A stretch of DNA of 41,784 nucleotides. Source: Fonticula alba ATCC 38817. Its lineage: Eukaryota; Protista; Nucleariida. Location of the stretch: assembly GCA_000388065.2 (NCBI GenBank), contig KB932203.1; one strand, given 5' to 3'. Numbering within the stretch: the stretch's first letter is position 1; the number at the start of each line of letters is the position of its first letter. Below, in pieces: positions 41,550-41,784 of this stretch. Below the pieces are notes generated by a model, which worked only from the letters and a program-made list of their open reading frames with translations, ran no database searches and was not told where the DNA came from. The translations under genes and the position numbers were made by a program.

Positions 41550-41784
41550 ACGGCCCTGATGGGCAAAGATATTTATGTGGAATTTCGGCATCAACCCAAG
41601 CGGCTGTGATTTCCGCCGTGGAGGTCTTCCAAAAGCAAAGCCAATTTGGGATCGTCCTGATCGCCCTCCGGTGTAATGTGGTATCACGTGCCATCTAGGA
41701 ACTTGTGGCAGGGTTCACACGGGTTAAGCCTGAGTCAAGTGAGTGAGGCTTGACGAAGGGTACCAGTGTGATCTGCCACCTGGT

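Noticed and set aside
1-41784. CRISPR arrays, transposases, rRNA or prokaryotic operon systems
   Set aside because: There is no repeat-spacer array, no transposase, RT or integrase motif, no terminal inverted repeats with target duplication, and no rRNA signature. The gene structure is spliceosomal-eukaryotic throughout.

Overview
This is GC-rich, intron-containing eukaryotic genomic DNA. Donors are mostly GTGCGT/GTACGT/GTATGT, branch points are CTRAC, and introns are full of poly-C and (CA)n on the sense strand. There are eight N-gaps. The style suggests a unicellular opisthokont such as Fonticula, but this is inference only. I can support 12 protein-coding genes and one tRNA-Ala(AGC). In order: WDR83/MORG1, a small acidic bublin/C9orf16-like protein, a multi-pass membrane protein, a ~2030-aa protein with an N-terminal mitoribosomal mS26 region, a divergent nuclear-type actin-related protein, SDHB, mitoribosomal uL1m, mevalonate kinase, a divergent TFIIB/BRF-family factor, a PH-like tail-anchored protein, sterol C5-desaturase, the tRNA, and an intronless 628-aa protein. 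The most interesting items are the mS26 fusion to a ~1830-aa unknown extension, the predicted mitochondrial protein built of about nine tandem HTH-like units, the bublin-like protein, and the non-canonical TFIIB/BRF paralog. All homology calls rest on recalled family motifs; no database search was run. Most other long ORFs in the track are antisense or GC-rich shadows.
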